From: Bradymonadia bacterium
GTDB lineage: Bacteria > Myxococcota_A > Bradymonadia > UBA7976 > UBA1532
Length of the DNA stretch: 64,000 nucleotides
NCBI GenBank assembly: GCA_046290225.1
Contig: JBKAGE010000036.1
Location: forward strand, 320,001-384,000
Direction: 5' to 3'
The notes under the pieces are model-generated. The model was not told the DNA's origin and did no database searches. It worked only from the letters and a program-made list of their open reading frames with translations. Within the stretch, counting starts at the first letter, position 1. The number at the start of each line of letters is the position of its first letter. Made by a program: the position numbers and the translations under genes. Shown here in pieces: positions 28,868 to 38,711 of the stretch.

Positions 28868-30586
28868 TTGACGACCGACGAGCCCAGCCAGGAGCCCCCC
28901 CGCTCTCTGGCTCACAGCGCCCTCGACGTGCTCGATCTGGGGGTCTTCGTCCTCGACTCGGCGCAGCGGTTCACTGCGTGGAACGAGTGGATGAGCCGCC
29001 ATGCCGACCGCGCAGAGCCCTCTGTGCTCGGGCAACAGTTTTTGTCGATCTTCCCTCAGATGGCCAGCCATCGACTGGGTCAGGCTGTGGAGCAGGCGCT
29101 CAAATACGGGATGTCTTCGAAGCTCTCCCAGGCGCTGCACATCGCCCCCTTGCCGCTCTACCCAGCCGACGCGCGGGGCTTCGGTGCTCGGCGCATCGAT
29201 CAGATGATCCATGTGCGACCTCTGGACACTGCCGAGGGGCGCCAGTGCATGGTGGAGGTGCACGACGTCACCGCCACAGCCCGCCGTGAGCGTCAGCTTC
29301 GACAGCAGGCGAAGCACATGGAGAGCCTCGCCCGCGAGGCAGAGCAGGCCCGTGACGATGCCAGGCTTCAAGCACGACAGCTCGAACAGACCAACGACGC
29401 CCTGAACCGCGCCCGGAACGAAGCCATCAAGCTCAGTCAGGAGCACAATGACTTCCTGGCCATGATGAACCACGAGGTCCATGGGCCGCTCAACCAGGTC
29501 ATGGCCGCCCTCAACGATCTCGAAGCATCCGAACTCAAGCTACACCAGACGAAACGCCTCAACGGGGCCCGGCAGGCCACTGAAGATCTCAGTCGTCTCA
29601 TCGGCGACGTGCTCGAACTACATCAGCTCAAAGCGCAGAAACCTCAGGGTGTACGGGTGCCCTTCGAGCCTGAGCAGCTCAAGCAGCAACTGCTGACACA
29701 GTTTGCACCCATGGCAGGTGCCAAACATCTCAACCTGGACATCGAGATAGACCCTCATGTGCCTGGGGTGCTGCTCGGAGACTTGGATCGTCTCAGCCAA
29801 ATCATGGAGCGGCTGATCCACAACGCCATCCGCTTCACCACCACAGGCCGTGTGCAGGTGAGCTTCAAGAGCGTGGACGACATCGCTCCCGGGCAACTGC
29901 GTCTGCTTTGCTCAGTGGCCGACACCGGCCCTGGCATCCCCACGGATGCTCGACGAAAAATCTTCGATCCGTTCATTCAGTTGTCTTCTCGCGCCGGTGG
30001 AGCGGGCCTGGGGCTCGCTTTGGCGCGTCAACTCTCCACTGCCCTCAAAGGGCGCATCTGGGTCGAGAGCGAAGTCGACGAGGGGTCTTGCTTTCACGTG
30101 ACCCTGCCCATGAAGCGCCCCCACACTCACGGGCTCAGCACGCACAACACGACCCGACACATCATGACGCCGCCGCCTCTGGAGCCTCTGGAGATCTTGT
30201 TGGCTCAGAGCGATTTGCTCGGACAGCAGGCACTGGAAGATCAGCTCACCCACCGCCAGCACAGCGTTGTGCTCGCTCCAGACATGCAGCGTGCCCTCGA
30301 CAGCTTCGTCGACCACCGCTTCGACGTCATCCTGCTCGATGTGGCACTGCTGAACTCAGGAGAAGGCGCTCTGGGGATGATGCTCAAAAGAAGGGCGGGG
30401 CTCAGAGGATACGAGCCCCTCGTGGTGGTCTTCGACGTGCCGCAGAGCCGAATGACGGATGTGCGTGCGGATCGAGGCGTCGACCTGGTCATCGAACCCC
30501 CTTTATCCCTGCACAGACTGGAGCGTGCGCTGCTTCAGTATCTGCCAAAGAAAGCCACCGCCGCAGGCCGGCGGCTGATGGGCTGA
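28868..30586 (+). CDS. Cytoplasmic PAS histidine kinase with degenerate C-terminal receiver
   Basis: TTG start after AGGAG; PAS (WNEWM); NHEVHGPL H-box; LIHNAIRFT, DTGPGI, GAGLGL. Confidence 0.88.
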   Translation: MTTDEPSQEPPRSLAHSALDVLDLGVFVLDSAQRFTAWNEWMSRHADRAEPSVLGQQFLSIFPQMASHRLGQAVEQALKYGMSSKLSQALHIAPLPLYPADARGFGARRIDQMIHVRPLDTAEGRQCMVEVHDVTATARRERQLRQQAKHMESLAREAEQARDDARLQARQLEQTNDALNRARNEAIKLSQEHNDFLAMMNHEVHGPLNQVMAALNDLEASELKLHQTKRLNGARQATEDLSRLIGDVLELHQLKAQKPQGVRVPFEPEQLKQQLLTQFAPMAGAKHLNLDIEIDPHVPGVLLGDLDRLSQIMERLIHNAIRFTTTGRVQVSFKSVDDIAPGQLRLLCSVADTGPGIPTDARRKIFDPFIQLSSRAGGAGLGLALARQLSTALKGRIWVESEVDEGSCFHVTLPMKRPHTHGLSTHNTTRHIMTPPPLEPLEILLAQSDLLGQQALEDQLTHRQHSVVLAPDMQRALDSFVDHRFDVILLDVALLNSGEGALGMMLKRRAGLRGYEPLVVVFDVPQSRMTDVRADRGVDLVIEPPLSLHRLERALLQYLPKKATAAGRRLMG

Positions 30587-30593
30587 GGCAAAC

Positions 30594-33020
30594 TCACTTC
30601 ACGACGAAGTTGATCATCCGACCCGGGACGAAGATCTCGCGCTTCAGGTCGCCACTGGCGAGGTGTTTGCCCACATTGGGCAGAGCCCGGGCTGCAGCGA
30701 GGGCGTCGTCCTTGGCGACATCCTTGGCCAGCTCGAGCTGACCACGAACCTTGCCGTTGACCTGGATGGCGTAGCGCACAGTGTCATCGACGGTGAGCGC
30801 GGCGTCGAAGGCAGGCCACGGCACGTAGCTGATGCTCTCGGCGTGACCCAGACGGGCCCAGAGTTCCTCGGCGATGTGCGGCGCGAACGGCGCCAGCAGC
30901 TGACAGAAAGGCGTCAGCACGCTGCGCGGGCGCACCTTCAACGGCGTCAGATGGTTCACCAGTTCCATCATGGCGGCGATGGCGGTGTTCAGCCGCAGGG
31001 CCTCGATGTCTTCGGTGACCTTCTTGATGGTCTTGTGCAGCACCTTCAAGGTGGCCTTGTCCGGGGCGTCGTCTGTGACCACCAGAGCATCGGTCTCCTC
31101 GTCCACGTACAGACGCCATGCCCGGTTGAGGAACTTCCGCACCCCCTCGACCCCCTTGGTGGCCCAGGGCTTGGTGGCCTCGAGGGGCCCCATGAACATC
31201 TCGTACAGGCGCAGGGCGTCGGCGCCGTGCTCGGCGATGACGTCGTCGGGGTTCACCACGTTGCCCCGGGACTTGGACATCTTCTGCCCGTCTTCGCCGA
31301 GGATCATGCCCTGGTGCACCAGCTTCACGAAGGGCTCCAAGGTGCTCACAGCGCCCACGTCGTAGAGCACCTTGTGCCAGAAGCGCGCGTAGAGCAGGTG
31401 CAGCACCGCGTGCTCGGCGCCCCCGATGTAGAGATCGACGGGCATCCAGTGCTTCTCGAGCTCGGGATCGATGAGGGCGTCGTTGTTGTGGGGGTCGATG
31501 TACCGCAGGTAGTACCAGCACGATCCAGCCCACTGAGGCATGGTGTTGGTCTCTCGGCGACCCTTCCGGCCATCGGGCAGAGTGACGTTCACCCAGTCTT
31601 CGATGGTGGACAGCGGGCTCTCGCCGGTGCCCGAGGGCTGGTAAGACTCCACCTCGGGTAAACGCACGGGCAGGTCCGCGTCGTCCACCACCACGATCTC
31701 GCCATCCTCAGCGTGAATCACCGGGAAGGGCTCACCCCAGTAGCGCTGGCGGCTGAACAGCCAGTCCCGCAGCTTGAAGTTGATGGTGCCCTTGCCCACC
31801 TTCTCACCCTCGAGCCACTCGATGATCTTCGCCTTGGCGTCGGTCACGGCGAGCTCGTCGAGCATGCCGCTGTTGATGAGGGTGCCGTCACCGCTGTAGG
31901 CCGACTCGCTGATGTCGCCCCCACTGATGACCTGCACGATGGGCAGATCGAAGGCCTTGGCGAACTCGTAGTCGCGCTGATCGTGGGCGGGCACCGACAT
32001 GATGGCCCCGGTGCCGTAGGTGGCCAGCACGTAGTCGCTGATCCACACGGGGATCTCGTTGCCGTTCACGGGGTTGATGGCGTACGCCCCCGTGAAGACC
32101 CCGGTCTTCTCCTTCACCTCGGTCATGCGCTCCCGATCGCTCTTGCGGGCGGCAGCGGCGACATAACCTTCTACAGCCTCACGCTGGCTGTCGGTGGTGA
32201 TGCGCTTCACCAGATCGTGCTCGGGGGCCAGCACCATGTAGGTGGCCCCAAAGAGCGTGTCTGGACGGGTGGTGAAGACCGTGATCACACCTGCTTCGTC
32301 GCCTTCAGTGGCAGCGAGCTTAAAGTCCACCTCGGCGCCGAAGGAGCGGCCGATCCACTCCTTCTGCATGGTCTTGGTGCTCTTGGGCCAGTCCACCTGC
32401 TCGAGATCGTCCATCAGGCGGTCGGCGTAGGCGGTGATCTTGAGCATCCACTGCTTCATGGGCTTGCGGATGACCGGGTGGCCACCACGCTCGCTCTTGC
32501 CGTCGATGACCTCTTCGTTGGCGAGCACGGTGCCCAGAGCAGGGCACCAGTTCACGGGCACCTCGGCGATGTAGGCCAGGCCCTTCTTGTAGAGCTGGGT
32601 GAAGATCCACTGGGTCCAACGGTAGTAGTTGGGATCAGTGGTGTTCACCATCCGGCTCCAGTCATAGCTGAAGCCCAGGGCCTTGAGCTGCTCGGTGAAC
32701 CGCGCCACGTTCCGCTCAGTGGTGATGGCGGGGTGGGTGCCGGTCTGGATCGCGTACTGCTCTGCGGGCAGGCCAAAGGCGTCGTACCCCATGGGGTGCA
32801 GCACGTTGAAGCCCTGGGCCCGCTTGTACCGGCTCACGATGTCGGTGGCGGTGTACCCTTCGGGGTGGCCCACGTGAAGGCCGGCGCCGGAGGGGTACGG
32901 GAACATGTCAAGACAGTAGAACTTGGGCTTGGTGGTGTCGTTCGTGGTCTTGAAGGTCTCTTCGGCCGCCCAATACTTCTGCCACTTGGGCTCGATCTGG
33001 GCTGGGGTGTACCGGGACAT
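30594..33020 (-). CDS. leuS: Leucine--tRNA ligase
   Basis: [35 protein letters not shown]. Confidence 0.98.
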   Translation of the reverse strand: MSRYTPAQIEPKWQKYWAAEETFKTTNDTTKPKFYCLDMFPYPSGAGLHVGHPEGYTATDIVSRYKRAQGFNVLHPMGYDAFGLPAEQYAIQTGTHPAITTERNVARFTEQLKALGFSYDWSRMVNTTDPNYYRWTQWIFTQLYKKGLAYIAEVPVNWCPALGTVLANEEVIDGKSERGGHPVIRKPMKQWMLKITAYADRLMDDLEQVDWPKSTKTMQKEWIGRSFGAEVDFKLAATEGDEAGVITVFTTRPDTLFGATYMVLAPEHDLVKRITTDSQREAVEGYVAAAARKSDRERMTEVKEKTGVFTGAYAINPVNGNEIPVWISDYVLATYGTGAIMSVPAHDQRDYEFAKAFDLPIVQVISGGDISESAYSGDGTLINSGMLDELAVTDAKAKIIEWLEGEKVGKGTINFKLRDWLFSRQRYWGEPFPVIHAEDGEIVVVDDADLPVRLPEVESYQPSGTGESPLSTIEDWVNVTLPDGRKGRRETNTMPQWAGSCWYYLRYIDPHNNDALIDPELEKHWMPVDLYIGGAEHAVLHLLYARFWHKVLYDVGAVSTLEPFVKLVHQGMILGEDGQKMSKSRGNVVNPDDVIAEHGADALRLYEMFMGPLEATKPWATKGVEGVRKFLNRAWRLYVDEETDALVVTDDAPDKATLKVLHKTIKKVTEDIEALRLNTAIAAMMELVNHLTPLKVRPRSVLTPFCQLLAPFAPHIAEELWARLGHAESISYVPWPAFDAALTVDDTVRYAIQVNGKVRGQLELAKDVAKDDALAAARALPNVGKHLASGDLKREIFVPGRMINFVVK

Positions 33021-33068
33021 GTCGCTGTCGCTCCGTCGCTTCACATGTGAGCGGCGGAGGATACACGA

Positions 33069-36000
33069 TCACGAGGACTCGGGCACGAAGCCTCGCCTCT
33101 GGGTGTTTTCGGTGATGGTCCGGGGGTTCAGACACTGCAGCAAATAGTCAGGCCCCCCGGCCTTCGTGCCGCCGCCGCTCATGGCAAAACCACCAAACGG
33201 CTGCCGACCCACGATGGCGCCGGTGATGCTGCGGTTGATGTAGAGATTGCCCACCCGATACTCCGTCCGGGCCCGGGCGATGTGCGCTGGCGATCGGCTG
33301 AACACCCCGCCGGTGAGGGCATAGGCGGTGCCGTGGGCGATCTCCAGAGCATGATCGAAATCTCGAGCCTTGATCACCGCGAGCACTGGGCCAAAGAGCT
33401 CGTCCTGCGCGATGGGATCATCTGGGGCCACGCCGGTAAAGATCGTGGGCTCAATGAAGAACCCGGCGCCCTCCCTCACCCCGCCCACACGTCGTTCGGC
33501 ATATCCATCGGCGGCCTCGATGGCTGCCTGCAGCCGATCCCGAGACTCCGTGTCGATGACTGGCCCCACATGACACGCGGGATCAGTGGGCGGCCCCACG
33601 TGCAGACTCTTCGTGGCCTCCACCAGCCGCTCCACGAAGGCGTCGTGGTGCTCTTCGAGTACGATGACCCGAGAGCACGCGCTGCACTTCTGACCTGCAA
33701 AGCCAAAGGCGCTGGACACCACACCCAACACCGCCTCATCGAGATCGGCGTCGCCGTCGACGATGATGGCGTTCTTGCCCCCCATCTCACAGACAACGCG
33801 CTTAAGGTGCATCTGGTCGGGTCCGGTGATCCCGCACTGGCGCCAGATCTCCAACCCAACGGCTCTGCTGCCGGTGAAGAGCACCGTGGCCACTCGCGGA
33901 TCGGCCACCAGAGCCGCCCCCACTTCTTCGCCATAACCCTGGATGCACTGAAACACCCCAGGGTGAGCGCCGTGCTTGCGCATCACTGAATGCACCAGCG
34001 CCGTAAATCGGGCGCCGATGACCGCTGATTGCTCTGCAGGCTTCACGATGGTGGGGTTCCCCGTGACCAGGGCCGCAGCGGTCATGCCCGTGAGGATCGC
34101 CAAGGGAAAATTCCAGGGAGCGATGACCACAGCGGGGCCTCGACCGATGTAGCCGAGGTGGTTGGTCTCTCCGGGCAGGTCCTGCATAAGCCTGGGCACG
34201 TCGAGGCGCATCATCTCCCGGCCGTAGTACTCGAGAAAATCGATGGCCTCGCACACGTCAGCATCTGCCGAGGCCCGGGCCTTGCCCACCTCTCGTAGGA
34301 TGAGCGCGATCCAGGCGTCACGCTCAGCCCGCATGTCGGCGGCGATGTCGAAGAGCACCTGTGCCCGCTCTGCGGCGGGGGTGTCCCGCCATCCAGGGAA
34401 CGCCTCCGCTGCATGATCGAGGGCTTTCTGCGCGAGGGCCACGTCGGCCACAGCCACTGTGCCCACAATTGTCTGACCGTCAGCAGGATCGATGCTTGTG
34501 AGTTGCCGGCCCGTCTCGAGCACGAAGCTGCCACCCACGAGCGAGCCGGCATGGGCTGCGCCAGTCTTCAACGGCGTCCACTGCTGGAGCGCCCGCTCGA
34601 TGGCCGCCCGTTGAGGGGCCTCGGTGAGCTCTCGAAGCGGCTCGTTGACGAACTCACCAGGGTCGGTGGCCAGAGTGCGAGGCCCCGGCACCCCTCGAAG
34701 CATCGGATCTGCGTCCACCGGCTCTGGTTTGGCCAACAGCGTCGCAGTGTCGACGGCCTCGACAAAACCCATGCGTAGCCAGCTCTGGTTGCTGGTGTTC
34801 TCGAGCAGACGCCGCACGAGGTAGGCCATACCAGGAATCAAATCACCCACGGGGGCATAGACCCGCACTCGATAGCCGAGGTTGACGCAGGCGGCCTTTA
34901 TGGGCTCAGCCATGCCATAGAGGCACTGCACCTCGAAGGCCTCTTTTGGGAGCTTCTCTCGCTCGGCGATGGCCATGGCGTGGGCGAGGCTGCGCACGTT
35001 GTGGCTGCCGATGGCGGTCTTGAGGTGTTTGTGGTTCTTGAGCAGTAACTCGGCGCAACGCTCAAAGCACGCGTCGGTGTCGCCCTTGTGCAACCACACC
35101 GGCGAGGCCCAGCCTTCTTGATGGGCCTTCACGGTCTCGTAGTCCCAGTAGGCCCCCTTCACCAGTCGAATGGTGATCCGCTTGCCGCTGCGCTTGGCCC
35201 ACTGCACGAGGTCACGGGTGTCGGCCTCGGCAGAGCGCAGATAGGCCTGCACCACCACCCCGGCATCGGACCACCCCTCAAGGCTGGGATCGGACATCAC
35301 CTGTTTGAAGATGGCGTACGTGAGATCTTTGTAGGCGAACTGCTCCATGTCGACGTTGAGGAACACCCCCCGCCGTCTCGCCGCCTGAAACAGCGGCAGC
35401 AGCCGAGCGCTGGCCCGCTCGACGCTGTGGTCGAAGGCCTCGGCGCTCAGCTGGGAGTACATGGCGCTCACCTTCACCGAGACGTTCACTCTGGGGATGA
35501 GCCCCTTGTCGTCTCGCTCGAGCGTCTCGTCCTGGGTCCAATCCGCGCAGGCGTCGGCGAGGCCTTCAATCAGGGCGAGATACTTTGCGGCATACGCCTC
35601 GGCTTCTGCCTCACTGACGGTGGCCTCGCCCAGCAAATCGACGGTGAAGCCCTGCCTGGCATCACGGAGCTGTTTCAGCGTGGACAGCGCGCTCTCGGCG
35701 TCGGTCCCCACGATGAACCGCTTTGCCATACCTTCGAGATTCTTGGCGATCTGGCCTGCTGCGACCTTGGTGGCCATCTTGCCCAGCCCGGCGCCCTTGA
35801 GGGCCATCTTGATGACTGCAGGGGGCTTCACCCCGGGCCGCAGCAGGTATTCCTGAATGTGCCGCGCGATCTCTTCGGGGCTCTGCAGCACGGGGAAGAC
35901 GTCGACAAACCGGAACATCTCGGTTTTGAAGCCTTCGTCCTTCATGGCCCACTCAAGGACCTGGCCGCTCCACCACGCTTTGTTGAACAGGCCTGGGGTC

Positions 36001-36089
36001 TCCCCCTTCATCTCGGCGAAGAGCTGCTCGCCGATGGCCTGGATCCGCGACTCCAGGTTGGCTTTTGAACGAAAAAGCACCGCAGCCAC
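33069..36089 (-). CDS. putA: Bifunctional proline dehydrogenase / P5C dehydrogenase (short type, no DNA-binding domain)
   Basis: VDLLGE, RLVKGAYWD, RRLLENTSN; ALDH motifs PWNFP, EMGGKN, GQKCSAC, ELFGP. Confidence 0.96.
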   Translation of the reverse strand: MAAVLFRSKANLESRIQAIGEQLFAEMKGETPGLFNKAWWSGQVLEWAMKDEGFKTEMFRFVDVFPVLQSPEEIARHIQEYLLRPGVKPPAVIKMALKGAGLGKMATKVAAGQIAKNLEGMAKRFIVGTDAESALSTLKQLRDARQGFTVDLLGEATVSEAEAEAYAAKYLALIEGLADACADWTQDETLERDDKGLIPRVNVSVKVSAMYSQLSAEAFDHSVERASARLLPLFQAARRRGVFLNVDMEQFAYKDLTYAIFKQVMSDPSLEGWSDAGVVVQAYLRSAEADTRDLVQWAKRSGKRITIRLVKGAYWDYETVKAHQEGWASPVWLHKGDTDACFERCAELLLKNHKHLKTAIGSHNVRSLAHAMAIAEREKLPKEAFEVQCLYGMAEPIKAACVNLGYRVRVYAPVGDLIPGMAYLVRRLLENTSNQSWLRMGFVEAVDTATLLAKPEPVDADPMLRGVPGPRTLATDPGEFVNEPLRELTEAPQRAAIERALQQWTPLKTGAAHAGSLVGGSFVLETGRQLTSIDPADGQTIVGTVAVADVALAQKALDHAAEAFPGWRDTPAAERAQVLFDIAADMRAERDAWIALILREVGKARASADADVCEAIDFLEYYGREMMRLDVPRLMQDLPGETNHLGYIGRGPAVVIAPWNFPLAILTGMTAAALVTGNPTIVKPAEQSAVIGARFTALVHSVMRKHGAHPGVFQCIQGYGEEVGAALVADPRVATVLFTGSRAVGLEIWRQCGITGPDQMHLKRVVCEMGGKNAIIVDGDADLDEAVLGVVSSAFGFAGQKCSACSRVIVLEEHHDAFVERLVEATKSLHVGPPTDPACHVGPVIDTESRDRLQAAIEAADGYAERRVGGVREGAGFFIEPTIFTGVAPDDPIAQDELFGPVLAVIKARDFDHALEIAHGTAYALTGGVFSRSPAHIARARTEYRVGNLYINRSITGAIVGRQPFGGFAMSGGGTKAGGPDYLLQCLNPRTITENTQRRGFVPESS

Positions 36090-36396
36090 CTCCAGTGAGC
36101 GCCTCGACGGCCACCAACCGCGAGCGCTCGGTTAGATGTGTCTCTTTCCCACTGGAGATGATAGCGCACTCCGAACAAAATCGAGTGATGGTGGATGGAT
36201 ATGGTGGTTGATGAAGCGGGCCTTGGACATGCTGACTTGCTCTGAGCCGCCCTCCCACCACCCTAAACATCTAGAACTTAAAAACATCACCATATAGAAC
36301 GCCATAACACCGAAATAAAACGCACTGTTTTGCTGGCAGGGTGTGATCTATCTCTCGAGCGCTCTGGATGGTTTCAAAATGCCTGTGATTTCAGGG

Positions 36397-36728
36397 GTCG
36401 CTCCGCTGGCAAGAGAGTTTCGGGCACGGGCAAGGGCACGGGCACGGGCACGAGTTGATTCGGGTGTGGACCCGTGGTCCTGCATGATTCAGGACGAAGG
36501 TTGTCATTGAAGCTGAGACGGTACGCTTCGAAATGGCCTGAGAGTTCAGATCTTGGGGTGTATGGACCTCAAAACCTCCACTGAGGAGAGCGTGGGGCCG
36601 AGCAAAGCCTCCAACATCACAGACCCACGAGCGGAGTCATGCTGGGCCACGGGTCCACACCCGAATCAACTCGTGCCCGTGCCCGTGCCCTTGCCCGTGC
36701 CCGAAAACTGATCTGCGAGCGAAGCGAG
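36397..36728. mobile_element. Non-autonomous MITE/REPIN-like element, copy 1 (~95-bp inverted arms with GGGCAC x5, 143-bp core)
   Basis: Arms 36397-36490 and 36634-36728 are near-perfect inverted repeats. A homologous copy lies at 41360-41794. Mobility is inferred, not shown. Confidence 0.75.
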
Positions 36729-36804
36729 GATCTCTTCCCCTCCCATGTGACACCCTGACCACAACCGGACTCTCCCCCAACACAAGCACAACACCGAGCC
36801 CTCC

Positions 36805-37443
36805 ATGCCCCAGGCCCCCGAGCACGCCGACATCGCCTTCGCCCACGCCCTCGCCAATGGCGAGCGCGAGGCCGTGGTGCGTTTCGAGGCGCAGTATCGA
36901 CGGGTTATCCGGCATGCCCTCGGCGTGGCCATTCGGCGGTGGAAGCCCGAATCACCGGTGGAGCCCGAAGACTTCGTCCAGGACTTCATCGGCTTTTTGT
37001 TCACCGACAGAGGCCGTCGCCTGCGGAGCTTCGAGGGCCGTTCTTCCTTTGGTGGGTGGCTCTACACCGTAGCGTTGAGGCACTTCCAACGCGCCCTGTC
37101 CAAGCTCGCGAAGGACAGGCGCTCGGAGGTCGTCCTCACCCGGCTGCCCGAGCGCGAGGAGCGGCGACCTGACCACCTCGCAGCGGTGGCTGCCGACGCA
37201 GAGCGCTTGCGGGCGGTGGTGGGGCAGTTGCCAGAGCGTGATCGGCTTTATGTGCGCCTGTTCTATGTCGAAGGCCTCAACGCCAGCGAAGTGGCGCGCA
37301 CCCTCGGCAAGCGACCCTCAGCAGTGCGCATGCACAAGATGAGACTCCTGGAACGCCTGCGGGTGATGCTCGACGAGCCCCCGGAGGAGACCACCTCGAC
37401 GAGACCCGAGGCCACACGCCGTCGGGTCGGGGAGGATCCATGA
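36805..37443 (+). CDS. ECF RNA polymerase sigma-70 factor
   Basis: EDFVQD..FEGRSSFGGWLYTVA (region 2); LPERDR..EGLNASEVARTLG (region 4). Confidence 0.92.
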   Translation: MPQAPEHADIAFAHALANGEREAVVRFEAQYRRVIRHALGVAIRRWKPESPVEPEDFVQDFIGFLFTDRGRRLRSFEGRSSFGGWLYTVALRHFQRALSKLAKDRRSEVVLTRLPEREERRPDHLAAVAADAERLRAVVGQLPERDRLYVRLFYVEGLNASEVARTLGKRPSAVRMHKMRLLERLRVMLDEPPEETTSTRPEATRRRVGEDP

Positions 37444-38543
37444 CCCACGAGCGACTGGAAGCTCGACTCAGAGTGCTCGACATGCAGTGGGACTCTGTGG
37501 GCGAGCACCTCGACGAGGCCGCGCTGCTCGAGATCGTCGGCGGGCGGGCGCCCGAGCCCCATGAAGCGGCCCACCTGGCCAGCTGCGACGAATGCACAGA
37601 GCTGCTCATCGTGCTCGGTGTTGGCCTCGAAGCCCTCGCTGCGGACATCCCCGAGGCCGCGGCCATGGTGCCGTTGGGCAACGCAGAGACACCCGTTGAG
37701 CCCCTGACAGAGGCACCCCTCGAGCATGCTGCTGGCCAGACGCCAGAATCACCTCCTGTATCTGGGGGCAAGCTCCTCTATCTCCCTCGGCCTGTGAAGT
37801 GGCTGATGATGGTGGCCATCGTCGCTGGGGTGGCCTTTGCAGGACACTCCACGTTGTCACCCTCTGCAACGGTACAAAATCTCGCGACGGCGACCCGAGA
37901 CCTGCCCACCCTCGAAGCGGCCCCAGCGCCATCAACCCAGATCGCCCCAGTACAACTCGCCCCAGTACAACTCGCCCCAGTACAACTCGCCACAGCACCC
38001 GCTCGACCTCTTCGTCCTGTGGAGGAGGTCGCCTCTCTGCCACATCCTCCGGTGCCTCGAGTCAAACGCTCCCTGGCCCTTCCCCCGCTTTCTCAACGCT
38101 CAGGTGTCGAAGATCTCACCCCAGCACCGCCTTCAGGCTGGTCTCCGCCTCCTGCGGTTGAGACGCCCAAAGTGATTGCCGAGGTACAGGCGCCTCGGCG
38201 TCGGATACGCAGAGCTCGCCGAGTCGCTCCAGATGTCGTCGAGGACACACCATTTCGGCGTCCGGGGCCCTCTGCACCCATCTCGGGCCGTCCCAGAGCC
38301 TTTGGCCAGCTGCAGTTGATCAGCAAGCCCCCCTCACGGGTCTACATCGACGGGCGAGATCGGGGCTGGACCCCCATCGTGAATCTGCGGCTGCCCGAAG
38401 GCCCCCACGACATCCGGCTGGTGTACTCGCACCCTCGGGCACGACAGGCCGAGGAGACATTCCGGGTGGTGATTCCGCCAGATAAAACCTGGCGGATCTC
38501 GCGGGACAACCTCGGCCCTGCTCGTGGCGGTGTGGGGCCCTGA
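37440..38543 (+). CDS. Zinc-binding anti-sigma factor (ZAS) with TM helix, Pro-rich linker and PEGA domain
   Basis: ATGA overlap with the sigma gene; HLASCDEC (HxxxCxxC); TM helix; SKPPSRVYIDG..GWTP..LPEGPH. Confidence 0.85.
   Translation: MTHERLEARLRVLDMQWDSVGEHLDEAALLEIVGGRAPEPHEAAHLASCDECTELLIVLGVGLEALAADIPEAAAMVPLGNAETPVEPLTEAPLEHAAGQTPESPPVSGGKLLYLPRPVKWLMMVAIVAGVAFAGHSTLSPSATVQNLATATRDLPTLEAAPAPSTQIAPVQLAPVQLAPVQLATAPARPLRPVEEVASLPHPPVPRVKRSLALPPLSQRSGVEDLTPAPPSGWSPPPAVETPKVIAEVQAPRRRIRRARRVAPDVVEDTPFRRPGPSAPISGRPRAFGQLQLISKPPSRVYIDGRDRGWTPIVNLRLPEGPHDIRLVYSHPRARQAEETFRVVIPPDKTWRISRDNLGPARGGVGP
37944..37988 (+). repeat. Perfect coding 15-bp tandem repeat x3 (APVQL)
   Basis: gccccagtacaactc x3. 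Confidence 0.9.
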
Positions 38544-38711
38544 CGCCCCGGGCGGAAGGGGCACTGGTCAGGACGCTTGTCACCAGCCACATCCCTGGGG
38601 CGGGCCCCGTCGCCTTGATGCACCCGCAGGCCTTTGGCATTGTTTGTGAAGTTCGAGAGGCTCTCGGTACATGTACCGATCCGAGCCGCTTCCCCTTCCA
38701 AGGAGTTCACA

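Noticed and set aside
36240..36390. AT-rich patch as a foreign island
   Set aside because: Only ~150 bp and located in the putA promoter region; consistent with ordinary regulatory DNA.
36637..37004. ORFs with GTGTGT, ARARAR or VPVPVP tracts at the element arms (also 41074-41821)
   Set aside because: They are translations of the GGGCAC hexamer repeat.
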